A stretch of 64,000 nt of DNA from Obrimoposthia wandeli (lineage: Eukaryota). The position numbers and the translations under genes are program-made. Positions 50,308 to 62,962 of the stretch are shown in pieces (within the stretch, counting starts at the first letter, position 1; each line of letters opens with the position of its first letter). Location: positions 62,001 through 126,000 of the forward strand of contig CDROCS010000757.1 in assembly GCA_977020255.1 (NCBI GenBank), read 5' to 3'. Below the pieces are notes generated by a model that was not told the origin of the DNA, ran no database searches, and worked only from the letters and a program-made list of their open reading frames with translations.

Positions 50308-50616
50308 AATGTTATCGGTACGGATGATTCTCAAGTGGCCTCATCAGGGACGGGGACAGGCAGACCAAACTGTCACGGCCCACTCCCAACTTGCTCCCCG
50401 TCATCCTCCGTCATCCTCCCGTTACTGAACTGCGTGTCCGCTTCATCTTCTTCCGCATTCACCGCACCCCCCTCAAATCCGGCTTCTTCTCCCTCCCCCT
50501 CCTTCAGATCACTCTGCCCTTCCATGTGGGTACCGTCACCAACAATTGAGGCTACCCGAAACGAGATAAACATTCTTAAAAAGTTACCGTTTATTAAACT
50601 ACAATCCAACACATAA
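50308..50616 (+). CDS. Candidate terminal exon (Ser/Pro-rich, 102 aa) of the same host gene
   Basis: Branch-like GCTAAT plus CTGCGCAG acceptor, open in phase 0 (NVIGTDDSQVASSGTG...ILKKLPFIKLQSNT*), with AATAAA at 50621-50626. An alternative donor GTGGGT exists at 50526. Confidence 0.55.
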   Translation, partial: NVIGTDDSQVASSGTGTGRPNCHGPLPTCSPSSSVILPLLNCVSASSSSAFTAPPSNPASSPSPSFRSLCPSMWVPSPTIEATRNEINILKKLPFIKLQSNT

Positions 50617-50906
50617 ATCAAATAAAAATATTGAAATTGTTTGTCGCTTCAAGTAATGAGTTGTTAAGTTTTAAGAAAGCCAAGCAATTGCTGTTAAAGG
50701 TGTAATGAACGCAACAAAAATTGAGTGTTTCAAGATGCTTTTAAATCTAAGTTAGACCAAAAAATATTCACGAAACTGTTTTTTCTAAATCTGCTAAAGT
50801 AATCTAGAAAGAAACTGAAAATGATTTACCAATATGGAAAACTTGAACGCTTTTTTTGTTAAAAATCGTGAGACATTGGAAATAATATATATTTAATTTA
50901 TAACTA

Positions 50907-51551
50907 GGGAATGTTTTGGATTCGAAATGACAAATTTATTTTAAATTCATACAATAAAATTATCATAATTCAATAAAAACTTCTGTATAGTTTTATCAAT
51001 CCATATTTAATAAATTAAAAATTATTAATGTTCAATTTTTACTATAATTTTATTAATTTGTATTATTTTATTATATATTCACGAATATGATTAAGATTAA
51101 CTAATTTATTTTATTATTATTTTGTACATGTATCGACTTTCCTATTAGCTCAATCTATTTTAATATTTTCAAGAAAAAAAAATAATCCTATTAATAACAA
51201 AAAATATGCTTTTTTCAGACTACCCAGAACAAGAAAAAAATGTTTTCGAACAACTTTTTCGGAACAGAGGGAGTAATAAATTAACATTTATTAAAATTTA
51301 TCATGTGCGTTATTATATAAATAAATAATCAATAAAAATTATCTTTAAAGATAAAATAGTTTCCAAAGTAATTTGCAATATTATTTTAATATAACAACTC
51401 ATAAAAAATATATTTAACTGTATACATTAATGACTTATAACTTAATACAGATGAACCAACTATAACAACTATACATAAGTTCTTATAAAATTAAATTAGT
51501 TTATTATATAAATATCAAACAGTTTTGTCATTTCGATTCAAAAATATTCCC
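50907..51551. mobile_element. AT-rich MITE-like element with GGG..CCC termini (PIF/Harbinger- or Zator-like)
   Basis: GGGAATGTTTTGGATTCGAAATGACAAA and the inverted TTTGTCATTTCGATTCAAAAATATTCCC; TSD not preserved. Confidence 0.5.
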
Positions 51552-51699
51552 TTGAAAATGCTTTCTTTAATATGACTTGTCTATTGATTGTGGTGTGCAG
51601 TATTCAAATTTATGCTTTACCAACAGCATATTTATATTTAGTCAGATTATTTCTTCTAAAATAATGAAATCCGGCTTTTTCAGTTAAGTCAAACTTCGT

Positions 51700-52400
51700 A
51701 GCATTGACGATTGAAATGACCTTTCTTTTAATGACATTCTGCTCTGTTATCTCCCATTATTTACTAGCCAAACACCATTTCATAAACTGCGGATTGTAAT
51801 CGGAATTTCTGTTGTACGTTCTTTTATTTCCATATTATTTCCTTTCAAATCGGTTTTGGCCATTATTTATTATCTCATGGTTCTACTGTCGTTGATTATG
51901 TTGTTGCTGCAAATTATGCTGTTGGTAAGATTCTTTCACTATCCGTTGTTCATTTGTTCTTCGTTCAGTTGAGTTTGCATAACCCTCCGCTCTGACAGTA
52001 TATGTTCAGTTAACGTTACATCATTTGTAATCGTGTTCATCCTGAAATAGTTTTTTTGATTCCCTTTAAATCCTGATTTTTGCAGATGCATCTGAATCGA
52101 GTAATCCAAGATGCATCCCAGGATATGTTTTGGTAATATCATACTCCATAGTCTTCTTGGGTTAAATTTCTTTTTTTAAGGTTTGTATCAACATTTTCCA
52201 TAGTTATTTTTTAACTCATAGCCTCCGATCAACACTGGAACAATGTTGCCTTATTCAGAAATGCTTTCTACATCGTTCCTTAATACAGCTATATTTTGCA
52301 CTGGTCTTTTAGAATTCACTGTTGGCTTCATTCGATGGGAGCTCCTTGATGAATGTCGCTTGCAAATTTTCTGGAATTTGAAACCTTTCAAAAGTCCATC
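51700..52400 (-). mobile_element. Possible LTR-retrotransposon gag remnant
   Basis: Coding-like composition with many stops, an Asn/Gln-rich linker and a decayed zinc-knuckle-like C...MGDNRAEC. Confidence 0.3.
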
Positions 52401-53425
52401 TTAATACAAACTCGATGATTTTCAGTTTTGTTTAAAACAATGACAAACATAGTGAAAGCTGAAATGATCATTCAAACACAAAAACTGCTGTGATTAAATT
52501 ATAATTAAATTTTTACCGAAATTGACTTATTTCAGTTGGAAATCCAATCCTGGCAACCAATTGCCCCAGCTTAGTATGCATATCGAGGGCATCGATAAGC
52601 TGATAAAATATAAGGAGTTCAAAGAGAAAAGTGGGAAAATTCAGAACTAGAATACATCCAAAGAATCCATAATGTTAATTACACATTGAAAGTTTGGTCC
52701 AAATAGATGAAAGTGATTTTGATAACATCGATGAATATATAAATGAAATTTGAACATATATATGTGTATATACATTCCGGCTTGTTTTGTCATGTTTTCT
52801 TGAATTTATAAATGATGATTGTGTTACAAGCCTGTGTCTTCAACGTAGGATACTTTTATATTACCCGGTCCATAATATCATAGTGATTGTCGTCAGCTGA
52901 GAGGAAATGGAAGCTTGTGTTTGGTTTGTTGATAGCGGCCGGAGCGTTTCAGTCTTACTACAGATATGCATCAACAAAATGCATTCCTACGATGATAATA
53001 CGCATTGTTATGACTCATAATTCTCCCGCTAATTCTTTTTACTCGTGTGCGGAAAACTTTTTCTACGTTTCTTATCGGCAGGCATATAATGAGTAAAGAA
53101 TTTGAAAAAATAATTTTTTAGTAATGTTCATTATTTAAACAAAAATAAAATCTAATAATATAATATAATTTTTTAATATAAATAGTAAACAAAATTATAA
53201 TCTTTAATAAATGACCAATCATTTACATATTTTAAATCCCAAAACAAAAGAATGGTGTGCCTGGTACAAAAAGAATTTTAAGTGTGTGCGCTAAAATAAA
53301 AGACCGTGTGCGGCATCTTCTTTTCTCGTGTGCGCGCGCTTATGATAACTTATGAGACAGGCAAGATCCAAAAGTATAAAAACTGTTTTTTTCCAAATGA
53401 CTTAGAACATGTAAGATTGACTACG

Positions 53426-53782
53426 ATGTTTTCTCTTCCAGGGACTCCACCGGAGCACTCCCATTAGGGCGAGATTGCTCGCCCACAAGCACCAGCAGCC
53501 CAGCAGCCATATCTCTAGCGGCAACTCCAACCAGCGGCGTTATCCCATCAGTCAACATCATCAAGGAGCAGCAGATCAAAATCCTCAAGAAGCAGAACAC
53601 CATTGCTGATCTCACAGCAAAGACCTCAAATTCCAGCTCTTCTACCCTCAATGAAAGCGGTGAGAAAAGTATTAACCCTAATATTCCCAAAAGAGGAAAC
53701 AGATTTTTTCATAAGACCAACAATTTGTTTACTGGCACAAATTATTTCACATCAAACTCCATTTCTTGGATATTCACATTGA
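53426..53782 (+). pseudogene. Small Ser/Pro/Gln-rich ORF with two TAG stops, TATA-driven
   Basis: TATAAAAA at 53375; reads MFSLPGTPPEHSH*GEIARPQAP...SSRSSRSKSSRSRTP... Confidence 0.35.
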
Positions 53783-56362
53783 TTACTTCCCTAATATCAA
53801 AGGCAGTGCTTCATCAAGACCTCATCCCCATGGAAGAGCGCTACCAAAGGAAATGAGATAACACTATGATGGCAGACACTGATGGAGCATAAACTGAGGT
53901 TGTCAAATACCGCAAATTCAAGAGCTACAGGGGCAAATTCTTGCATCCATATGTCCCATTTTTACACATTTTACCCCGAAGAAGAGATCTTTTAAATCTA
54001 AATTTTACAACCATTCTTTATTTATATATACGTTTTGTGAGTAAATAAAGAATACCGTTGTTTTAACACGTTGTTTTAAAGCTTCCAGATAGACCAAGTC
54101 GCAATGAGAGAGCCGTTCAAAATTCACGAATTAAGAAATGTTCCAACAGTTACAGAGAAAATCTGCTTGTATATTTGAATTCAGCACACCATTACTAGCT
54201 AAGAACAAAGGTTGGGATCAATCTAACAAACACTTTTATCAATGTACTTTGTTATAAAGATTATACCAACAATACACACTTTTCACTGACCTTTTTTCAA
54301 AATGATAGTGCTGCCAATTTAAACCAATGTACAAAATTAGTTTAAAATACTTTATATATTTCATATTTTATTAAAAAATTATTTTTTGTTACTTTTAATT
54401 ACATTTAGTAGGGTGAATAAATAATATTACATTTTAAAATGTTAAGATTTAATTAATTATCTAGCTAACTTATCGTAAAGATATTTTCCAATTATGCCTA
54501 TTATTATGCATAGCTTCTGATTTAAAATGTTTCACAGACATCTTTTGATAATATATCCCGAGAATCGTGCAAATTTGAAATCAAATCTGAAAGAAAAATA
54601 AACATCATATACGTAAAACTAAACTAACATATAATTGATTCCTGAACTAAACGAAAAATTATCCGTATTCAAAAAATTTAAAATTCGTTTTGAAGTTTTG
54701 TTAAAACAAATGAATTTCTGGACAAAGAACATTTGAATGAATATCTTTAACTTTATATAGAATTTTTACTTTATTTTCATAAAATAGCTTTTATGTTGTT
54801 TAAATATTTAAACAGGAATCGAGTTTTCACAGTAAAATGTTTAGTCTAAATTATGAACACATGCCTAAAAGAGTAAATTCAATATAGATCTACATATATC
54901 ACTGCAAATAACAAGTTTTATATAATAAAATTAAAGAAACGCTTTGCAACAGAGCAAAGAATTCCAATAAAATTTATTTTTATTTATAATACTGTAAATA
55001 TAAAAGGATATTCTTGTCCAAGTAAAGAATGACAGTATTCAAATTTAATAATATATTTATTTGTTCAAATTTTTGTAAATATAGATGTACAGATATCTTG
55101 TTAAGTAACAATTACTAAATTATAAATTGCGTTTTGCAATAATACTTAATAATACGATATAAAGAGATATTCATGTCCAAGTAAGGAATAATCCATAGTT
55201 TGACCTTAAAATATATTTTTGTCATATCAATGCGCGGCTGCTACATAAATATCAGATTGGATTGCCCACTAATTTATCAATTTTACTATGTTAATTTAAA
55301 TATAAATGTTATAATATTATCCAAAGGAAACAAGGATTCTTTCATCACAAAGACATTTTGTTTAAATACATCAATTTCCTAATATATTATTTAAACAAAG
55401 GTCAATTAACTAAATGTATAATGCATAATATAATTTTAATCAGTTCAATGTATCTAAGTTATTATATACCATGTGTATTTTATTTAAATATGAACTTTAT
55501 AATATTATCCATTGTTCATTAAAAGATAATTTGTTTTACTGCATCAATAAAATTAATTAATACGGAAAGAGTAAGACAAATAATTTAAATTCTTTAAATC
55601 TTAAATCAAATTACAAAGACAAACTTTGTTGAAAGAGCTATTGGAGAGCAACCACACACTAGCCAAGAAGTGTAATCCCGCGGAGGGCTTGATACTCCGG
55701 GAGTCTCTGGAAGTAGAAGAGATCCTGAGGTTCATTGGTTGGTCATCAAATGGCCAACCACTCATTATTCCTCATGATAACTGGTGATGAGGCTCTCCAA
55801 CACATACACATACACGAGAACGACCCCAAAGGCCTCACTTGGGCTATATCAAACAGGGATGGGAGAAAAAGGGAAAAACTCTAATTTTTAGTTGAATTAT
55901 TTTTAAATATGTTTTTAAAAGTCATATAGAAAATTATTTTTAAAAACTTTAATTAATTAATATTAAAAGTAACTAAACGTACTATCTACTTATAAAAAAA
56001 AAATTTCTACATTTAATTAAACTATCTACTTATATCAATAAGTATTATATAATTTTCTGAAATTTATTTAAATATATTTAAATATTTTTCTTATACGTTT
56101 ATGTTTGTAACAAAGGTGGTAACTTACTGCATGTATATTGCAAAAACTTGCAACTTTATTTAATTACGTTAATTAAACTATCTACTCATAAAATTAAGTG
56201 TTATATAATTACCAAAAGTTAATTTCATATTTTTAAATTTCAGTCTTTGGACTTTTTAGCGAAAAATTTTGTACAAAGATATGCACTATAATTCTTTTCA
56301 AATGCATTTAATGCTTTATGTAATCCTACAAAAATATCTTAAAGTTTTAAATTTATCAATAA

Positions 56363-56557
56363 ATGGATAAACTTAACGAAGCAACAGCGATAGCAGCAAC
56401 AAAAAAGTAAAAAATTATTGAAGAAACTATTGAGGAAGTGAAATCAATTATTGAAGTGAAATCAATTATTGAAGAAAAACAACGTACAGAATTCTTAAAT
56501 GCTCTGGCTTTTATGGAACCCATGATAGCTGATGTTTCCAGTATGGAGATCATATGA
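56363..56557 (+). pseudogene. Small acidic ORF with one internal stop and a 21-bp tandem duplication
   Basis: MDKLNEATAIAATKK*KIIEETIEEVKSIIEVKSIIEEKQRTEFLNALAFMEPMIADVSSMEII*. Confidence 0.3.
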
Positions 56558-57164
56558 CCCAAAATTTTGTTAGTTTGTTTAGAGCTAGATTTAGTTATCT
56601 CAGAGCAGAAAGATTAAACAGAACTTCAATGAGCAAGATTTTAGTAAATCAATTATACATATATTATACATGTATATTGAAAATTATCGAGATAGAATTG
56701 ATAAAACTGAGCTTCTAAAACCAAATTTAACCGTGTAATCAATACATATATGGTGGATAAGATAAGAGGATACGTTTATCTTTGTAAATTCGAAGTTAGG
56801 GAAAAAATATTGCAATAAAATAGACAGACTAATAATATAATTAAAGTAACTATCAAAAAGCAGGAGAATGTTTTAGTATGTTGTCATTATGAAAGTTTAC
56901 ATACTGTTTGTTTTGCTATTGCATTTTTTTGCATATATTTATTGCATCTCTTTCAATGGGCGTTAGCACTGCCACCAATCTTGTTAAAACTAAACGTAGT
57001 ATTGCTGCACCTAATGAAACTATGCTTAATCAGATACGTTATCATTATCATATATATAAATTGTATTCTTTATGAATCTTTATTAGTCAGTGTCTTTCAG
57101 CATCCAATCATATTTTAGTTGTATAGTATATAAACAGTTCACATTTTACTCCTACTTCATTATT

Positions 57165-57383
57165 ATGTCTACTCCCAATTATTTCAAGCAAGATGTTGAC
57201 AAGGCAGTGAAGAAATTCATTTTGAAAAATCTTATAGAAGAAGATGTCTTGAAACTCATTGAAGCAACGGATCTGCCTCTGAAGGAGCATGTTAGAAGAA
57301 GTCCGTCAATCTTCTCATTCTGGGCTACAATAAGAAGAAAGAGAAGAAGCAGAAGAGCTTTTTCTAAGAAAGAGTTTTTTTAA
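57165..57383 (+). CDS. Compact 72-aa ORF with basic C-terminus (RRKRRSRR), unknown function
   Basis: TATATAAA at 57127, ATG at 57165, stop at 57383, AATAAA at 57407. Intact frame. Confidence 0.4.
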   Translation: MSTPNYFKQDVDKAVKKFILKNLIEEDVLKLIEATDLPLKEHVRRSPSIFSFWATIRRKRRSRRAFSKKEFF

Positions 57384-57511
57384 TTATTTATTGGTGGATG
57401 TATCGTAATAAAGTATTTTAAGTAACTTTGTTTTAAAAACATTATCCCAACACTAATAATTTTAATATGGATTTAAAAAATAATTCAGTTTTTTTTCAAA
57501 TTGTAAGGCCT

Positions 57512-57900
57512 AGTGGTAGCGAGAAAACTACTTTGTCTGTAAGAATAAAGGGAAGTGGGCATTAGCGGCCAACCCCCTAGCGATAACAACAAAAAATTAC
57601 GCAAATTTAAAATACACAGTATAATAAACCTACGTATATTTTAAAGTCAATGTTAAAAGTAGGTCACATTTTGTTATAGTACACATGATTTTGAGGGTTA
57701 AATTCATAATTAGGTCACTTTATACTATAGTAAAGCCGTTTATAGGTGATTTTGGTCTAAATTCAGGTGTTTTCTGTTTAAACGCATCAATTTTTATGCG
57801 CACAAATTTAAAAACAAACTATAATACGTCTATTTTTTCTAGGTAATTATTAGTGAAGGTCACATTTTGTTATAGTGCATATGATTTAATAGTCAAGATC
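57512..57900 (+). mobile_element. Diverged relative of the family-C terminus (solo left end)
   Basis: Starts AGTGGTAG. Shares CCCCCTAGC, T.TACTATAGTA, CATCAATTTT.ATGCGC.CAAATT and AGGTCA motifs, in the same order, with 9005-9400. Confidence 0.5.
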
Positions 57901-58349
57901 ATATTTGTATTATATTTAATTCATTTTTAAAAATATTTTTTGGTTTACTTCATCAATGTCAGTGAGCGAGATTTCAAAAGTGTGTCAATTTTTTGAAAAC
58001 ATTTTATTGTAAAAACCTTTCATCGTAAAATGTTTTGTTTTAAATATTGTTTTGTTGTTAAATCTTTGATAAAAATATTCCGTAGCCCACGGACACTACT
58101 CGTATCCGGATATTGTAGAAATTGAGTGACTGAATGTTTGAACCTCCTTTGATTGTTTGTCGGTTGAATATAAATGAATGTTTCTTTCTCTTTGTGTTGT
58201 AATTACATGTAATTACATCACTTTTAACATATTGTTAAATAATATAAAACTACTTACGAAAGATAAAATTTACTAATTAAATAAACCTAGTAATAATTAT
58301 ACAATTATTATAGTTAAAAGACAAAAGACAATAATATAAAAACATCAAT

Positions 58350-58743
58350 ATTTATTGCTTAGTAGGAGGCCCTTCTTCATCTTGAGGATGTAGATTTATT
58401 TAGTCATTTTTTCTCTTCTTTTCTGTGCCTCTTGCTGCTTTCCCTGTTTCACCAACTCTATTCTTTTATCTCTGTGTATTTCTTCATATTCACCTTTCTT
58501 CTTTCAGCCAATTACTTATTCTCTATTTCATTCTTCTTCTTTCACTCCAGGATCCTTTTTGTTTCAGTTAAGTGTCTATTTTGCACCGCTTCAAGCTTCT
58601 CTTTCCACTCCGTTCTGGCAGCATATAAATGAAGAGTTAATATGTAAGATTTAAAATTTAAGATTGTGCAGGTCTCCTTTCTTCAAATTCTTATAATTCT
58701 TCTCTATCCGTTCCAAATTTCTCTTCATTTCTGGTAATTCCAT
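58350..58743 (-). pseudogene. Small Lys/Glu-rich ORF remnant, homolog of 3350-3664
   Basis: TATATAA (58779-58785) and a TCAGTT initiator-like site lie upstream of the ATG at 58743; stops and frameshifts are present. Confidence 0.45.
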
Positions 58744-60499
58744 TTTATAAATTATGAACTGAAACTTAAAAAATTCTCTTATATACTCCTCCGCCTTAAT
58801 TGATTTTATTGATGCAGTAAAAAAAATTATCTTTTAATTAACAATGGATAATATTATAAAATTCCTATTTAAATAAAATACACATTATATATAATAACCT
58901 AGATACATTGAACTGATTAAAATTATATTATGCATTATACATTTAGTTAAATGACCTTTGTTTAAAATATATATATTATGAAATTGATGTATTTAAACAA
59001 AAAGTTTTTATGATGAAATAATCCTTGTTTCCTTTGGATAATATTATAAAATTCCAATTTAAATTAACATAGTATATAATAACCTTAATAAAAATTAACT
59101 AAATTGAATTTAGAAGTAGAATATAATTAAGTTTTTGAAATTGTTGAGTTTTTTGAAATTTTTGAATTTTGCTACATTTTTTTTTGAAAATAAAAACAAA
59201 AATAATTTTTTACTTAAGTAAAACAAAAAATTCCATTTTGTATAACCAAAATCTACGACGTCGTTGATAGCGTCATATCAACAACGGATTTCATGTTAAC
59301 GATGACTCATCATGGCAACTGTTGCTATGGTGTCTTTCGAAACAAAGAACGTTGGGGGTAAAATGTCTTTGGTCCAAAAGACACACATCGCCCTACTTAA
59401 GGTATATTCAAAAGTGTTTTAAGGTATCCTCATATACCAAATCATATGAAAGCAATGAAAAGACAAATTAAATATAACAAACTATTACAACTTCAAAGAA
59501 AACAGAGCTAATTCGTAAGAAAGAATAATAATAAACAAGTTGATTAAAAAGGTAACTGATCTGAAAATAAATTAAATGAATGATAAATTTAAAACGGAGT
59601 CAAATCATAATTTTTGGAAACGCAAATAGAAATACAACCTTCAAGTTCTTAAGTTAACACTCCTAAAAATTAATATGATCGAACGACTTATTTGAAAAGT
59701 TATGAGGACAAGTTAAGAACGATTATTAGTACCTACTGACGAATGAACAGGCTTTGTGGACTCGTAGGTATTGACAAAAAATTTACGAAGTAAAAAAATT
59801 ACTTTACGACAGATATTTATGCAATTGAGCAGGTTTCACACACTAAAATATATTAATAGAGTATATCAATTCAGTTGCGATTATAAAACTGACAAACTAA
59901 AATTGAGCTGAAAGCAAGCAAAATGTAAATACAAATCACCTAAATCAACCAAATGTCAATATATTAGTCGGCGTGTAAGGGTATGGAGCAATATAGAAAA
60001 CATATACGCTGAGTTGGAATGGTGTAGTCACCGTTGTAGATTCGTCTTCATATGTTGCGGTGTGGTCCTCGGCTTTGACAGGCAAAGTGCGAGACTTCAC
60101 TCGACTTCGTTGATCTATGCGTATTCAATTCAATTTACGTACTTCAATGCTATCTTTATAAAAAAAAGTCAGTTATGTAATCAGAAACCTGAAATATTCT
60201 ACTTGCAATAAATTATTTGAAAGGCATAATAAATTCGTATACTGCTAAAGTTATTTTCTGGTAACAAACTATACTTTCTAATGGAAAGTAAAATGTCTTG
60301 GCACGTATGCAATTATTTTTCGTTTCTTATTTCATCAAGTTGGCTCAAAACTACCTCAATCGCACTAAAGCTTGAGCCTGTATCAATTATAAATATTATA
60401 TTTCGCATAAGAAAATCTAAAGTGGAAGCTGTTGTTGATTTTTCTTTGATGAAAGCAAAACTTGTTTTACAATCTGGTGATTATTGTATTCACTTTCTA

Positions 60500-62062
60500 T
60501 CTCCGGACCCCGCTGCATATATTTAGGCCACCGTATTGGCGTAATCTGTAATAAATCGTCAATAATAGTTTTTATAATCTGGTTCTTTAAAATTTATAAT
60601 ATTATTGATTTTCAACTGATTTGTATGTATTCTGCTTTCTCTTATGCTAGTTACCTAGGAATTTTAACTGTTTCTGACTAATGTAGCATTTATTAGGGTT
60701 TATTATAAGGTCTGCAGCTGAAATTCTTTTGAATACTTCCCTTAAAAATTTAGTATGTTATTCTTGCTTGTTACTATAAACAAGAATATCATCCAGATAA
60801 ACGATTTTTTCTTTGGACTGCAAATCATCTAATATTTATATAGAACAGAACTTTTGGCAAGAACAGATCATAAAGCATTAGCATTTGTAAGAACGACGAA
60901 GAAACCAATCAGTCTTCAATTTCCAACATGGTTGGAAAATTTATCAGAATTTAATTTTAAGTGAGAACATCATTAAGGTATTGATTATGGCAATGCGGAT
61001 GAAATGTCAAGATTGAATGAAACAGTCTGTGCTCAGTGTGAAACTAAAGATATAGATGCACAAGAGAAAAGATCTAAAATACGATATATTAACTCACTAA
61101 ATGAAGACAACTTCTTGAGTAAGATAAGGAAAATACTGTACGAAGATATTCACGTGAAAGAAATCAAAGTTTTCCTCCAACTATAAAGTAAGAATTTTAT
61201 CAAAAGAATGCAAATAAGTTGGATTTATCACATAAAAGAAAACCTAAAACTCTGCAATGATATCCTTTATTTTGAATAACATTTTACGGATTTAATTATT
61301 ATACCTTTGAAGAATGCTAGTGAAATTATTAATGAAATTCACCAATATCTTTGTCACCTAGGAATGCATATGAACTATATGAAAGATAACTTTTATTGAA
61401 AGGAATGTTTCAAGAAATAAAATAATGCATATAAAAATGCGTTTTATGTGACAAAGGCAAATTTAAACAATAAGAACAAATAAATGTATTCCTATAGTCG
61501 GAGAATTTCTTTCAGATCAAATAGTTGGCGATAAAGCCCACATGAAGGAAGAAACATCTAAAAAAATATATGTTTATAGAAATCGATCAATTTAGTAAAC
61601 TGAAATCACTATCCGCAATTACAAAAAAAGATGGAATAACAATTATTAAAGCTCTCGAGACTAATTAGATATATAAATTTGGAAACCTAAGAGCATTTTA
61701 ACAGATAGAAGACGAATATTTCAGGAAATAATTTTCAGAATTGGCTACGAAAATTTGTTATTGGACAGGAGCTTACAGCACCTCATCAACACCAAGCTAA
61801 CGGTCTAGCAGAAAGAGTTATACATACGGTTAGAGATATGATTGTTACGACAATAGCGTCTACTGAAATAGGAAAATGTTGGCACTGTTTATTGCCACAA
61901 ATTGAATTTGCTATAAATGCAACAGTAAATAGTTCTTCAAAACATTCACCGTTTGAGGTCATTTATGGAAGAAAAATAATAATTCAAGCATCAAATGCAA
62001 CAACAAACTATAAAGAAAATATTATTCAAGGAAGAACCAACAAATCACTACTGAAAAGTTAG
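60500..62062 (+). mobile_element. Ty3/Gypsy pol remnant (RT trace, RNase H, integrase)
   Basis: Contains YLGHRI; RTDHKAL..WLENLSEFNF..GNADEMSRL; and HQANGLAERV..WHCLLPQIEFAINATVNSSSKHSPFEVIYGR. Confidence 0.85.
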
Positions 62063-62924
62063 AGAAGTTTTATAATGAAAGACGAGAGGAAAAGATCTTT
62101 GAAGGAAATAAAAAGGTGCTTGTTAAAAAAAACCATTTAAAAGAAGCAAGAATAGTGACTAGTATGAAGGCTTATATAGAATAATAGAATTTTTGAGTAA
62201 ACAACAGGTATCAATTCAAGTTCCAAGAGGAGTTGGCATGCTATGAGCATTACGCTGTATTAATATATGAATATCTGGCAAATTAAAATATTCAGTTAAA
62301 AATATATTTTTTAATATTTTGTTAGATTAGAGAATTAATATTATATGGAAATTTATTCAAAGTTTAATATTAAATTAATAATGTTGGCAAATATATGCAA
62401 AGAATTTTATTACTTTAACAATAAAGTTATTTTATCTTTAATACAATTTTGTTATATGTTTATTGGTATCTCATTTTTGTTTCAACAAATTATTTAAATC
62501 ATACAAATATTTTTGATTAACAATTGGAAATGAACATTTTTAAATATATGTCAACTTTCTAAAACTCATATAATAAATGATTTTTTTTGTATTAGTTTTA
62601 ATGTGACCGATTTCACATCAAAAAGTTCTCAGTGAAAACTCGAGTCCTGATTATAAATAGTTTAGGTTATATTTTAAAACTTTCACTTAATTGATCTAAA
62701 ATAATTTTAAAATAGTTTAAAAAATTATAAAAAAAATTAAAATTTTACAAATAATTCGATTTTTTAATTTAAAGTTTGTATTTAAAAGTTACAATAAAAA
62801 AATTATTAAAAATTCATAAAATTTTGGAAATTATTTTAGGAATTTGTATTTTTGAAAGATTATGTACGCTAGTATAAAAACATCTTAAAAATGCATTGTT
62901 TATATGGTTTACATTCATTTGCAG

Positions 62925-62962
62925 ACAGTCGCCGTAAAAGTGCCAAGTCCTTTCTAAAATTG
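62925..62962 (+). CDS. Candidate 38-nt internal exon: (x)SRRKSAKSFLKL
   Basis: Acceptor TTCATTTGCAG and donor GTGAGT, with a single open frame (phase 1 to phase 0). Not linked to the other exons within the window. Confidence 0.45.

Larger units (their letters stand above)
55284..59074. repeat. About 280-bp inverted repeat pair (55284-55560 and 58796-59074) enclosing an island of small ORFs
   Basis: For example, TATAATATTATCCAAAGGAAACAAGGATT..TTTAAATACATCAATTTC..AAACAAAGGTCA.TTAACTAAATGTATAATGCATAATATAATTTTAATCAGTTCAATGTATCTA and its reverse complement. Confidence 0.85.

Noticed and set aside
50373-50621. Acidic minus-strand ORF (82 aa)
   Set aside because: The + strand has the acceptor, in-frame stop and poly(A) signal; the minus frame lacks comparable signals.
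57512-58100. AGTGGTAG start and ACTACT end as one Polinton-type element
   Set aside because: The ends are not inverted copies and the flanks (AGGCCT vs CGTATC) give no TSD.
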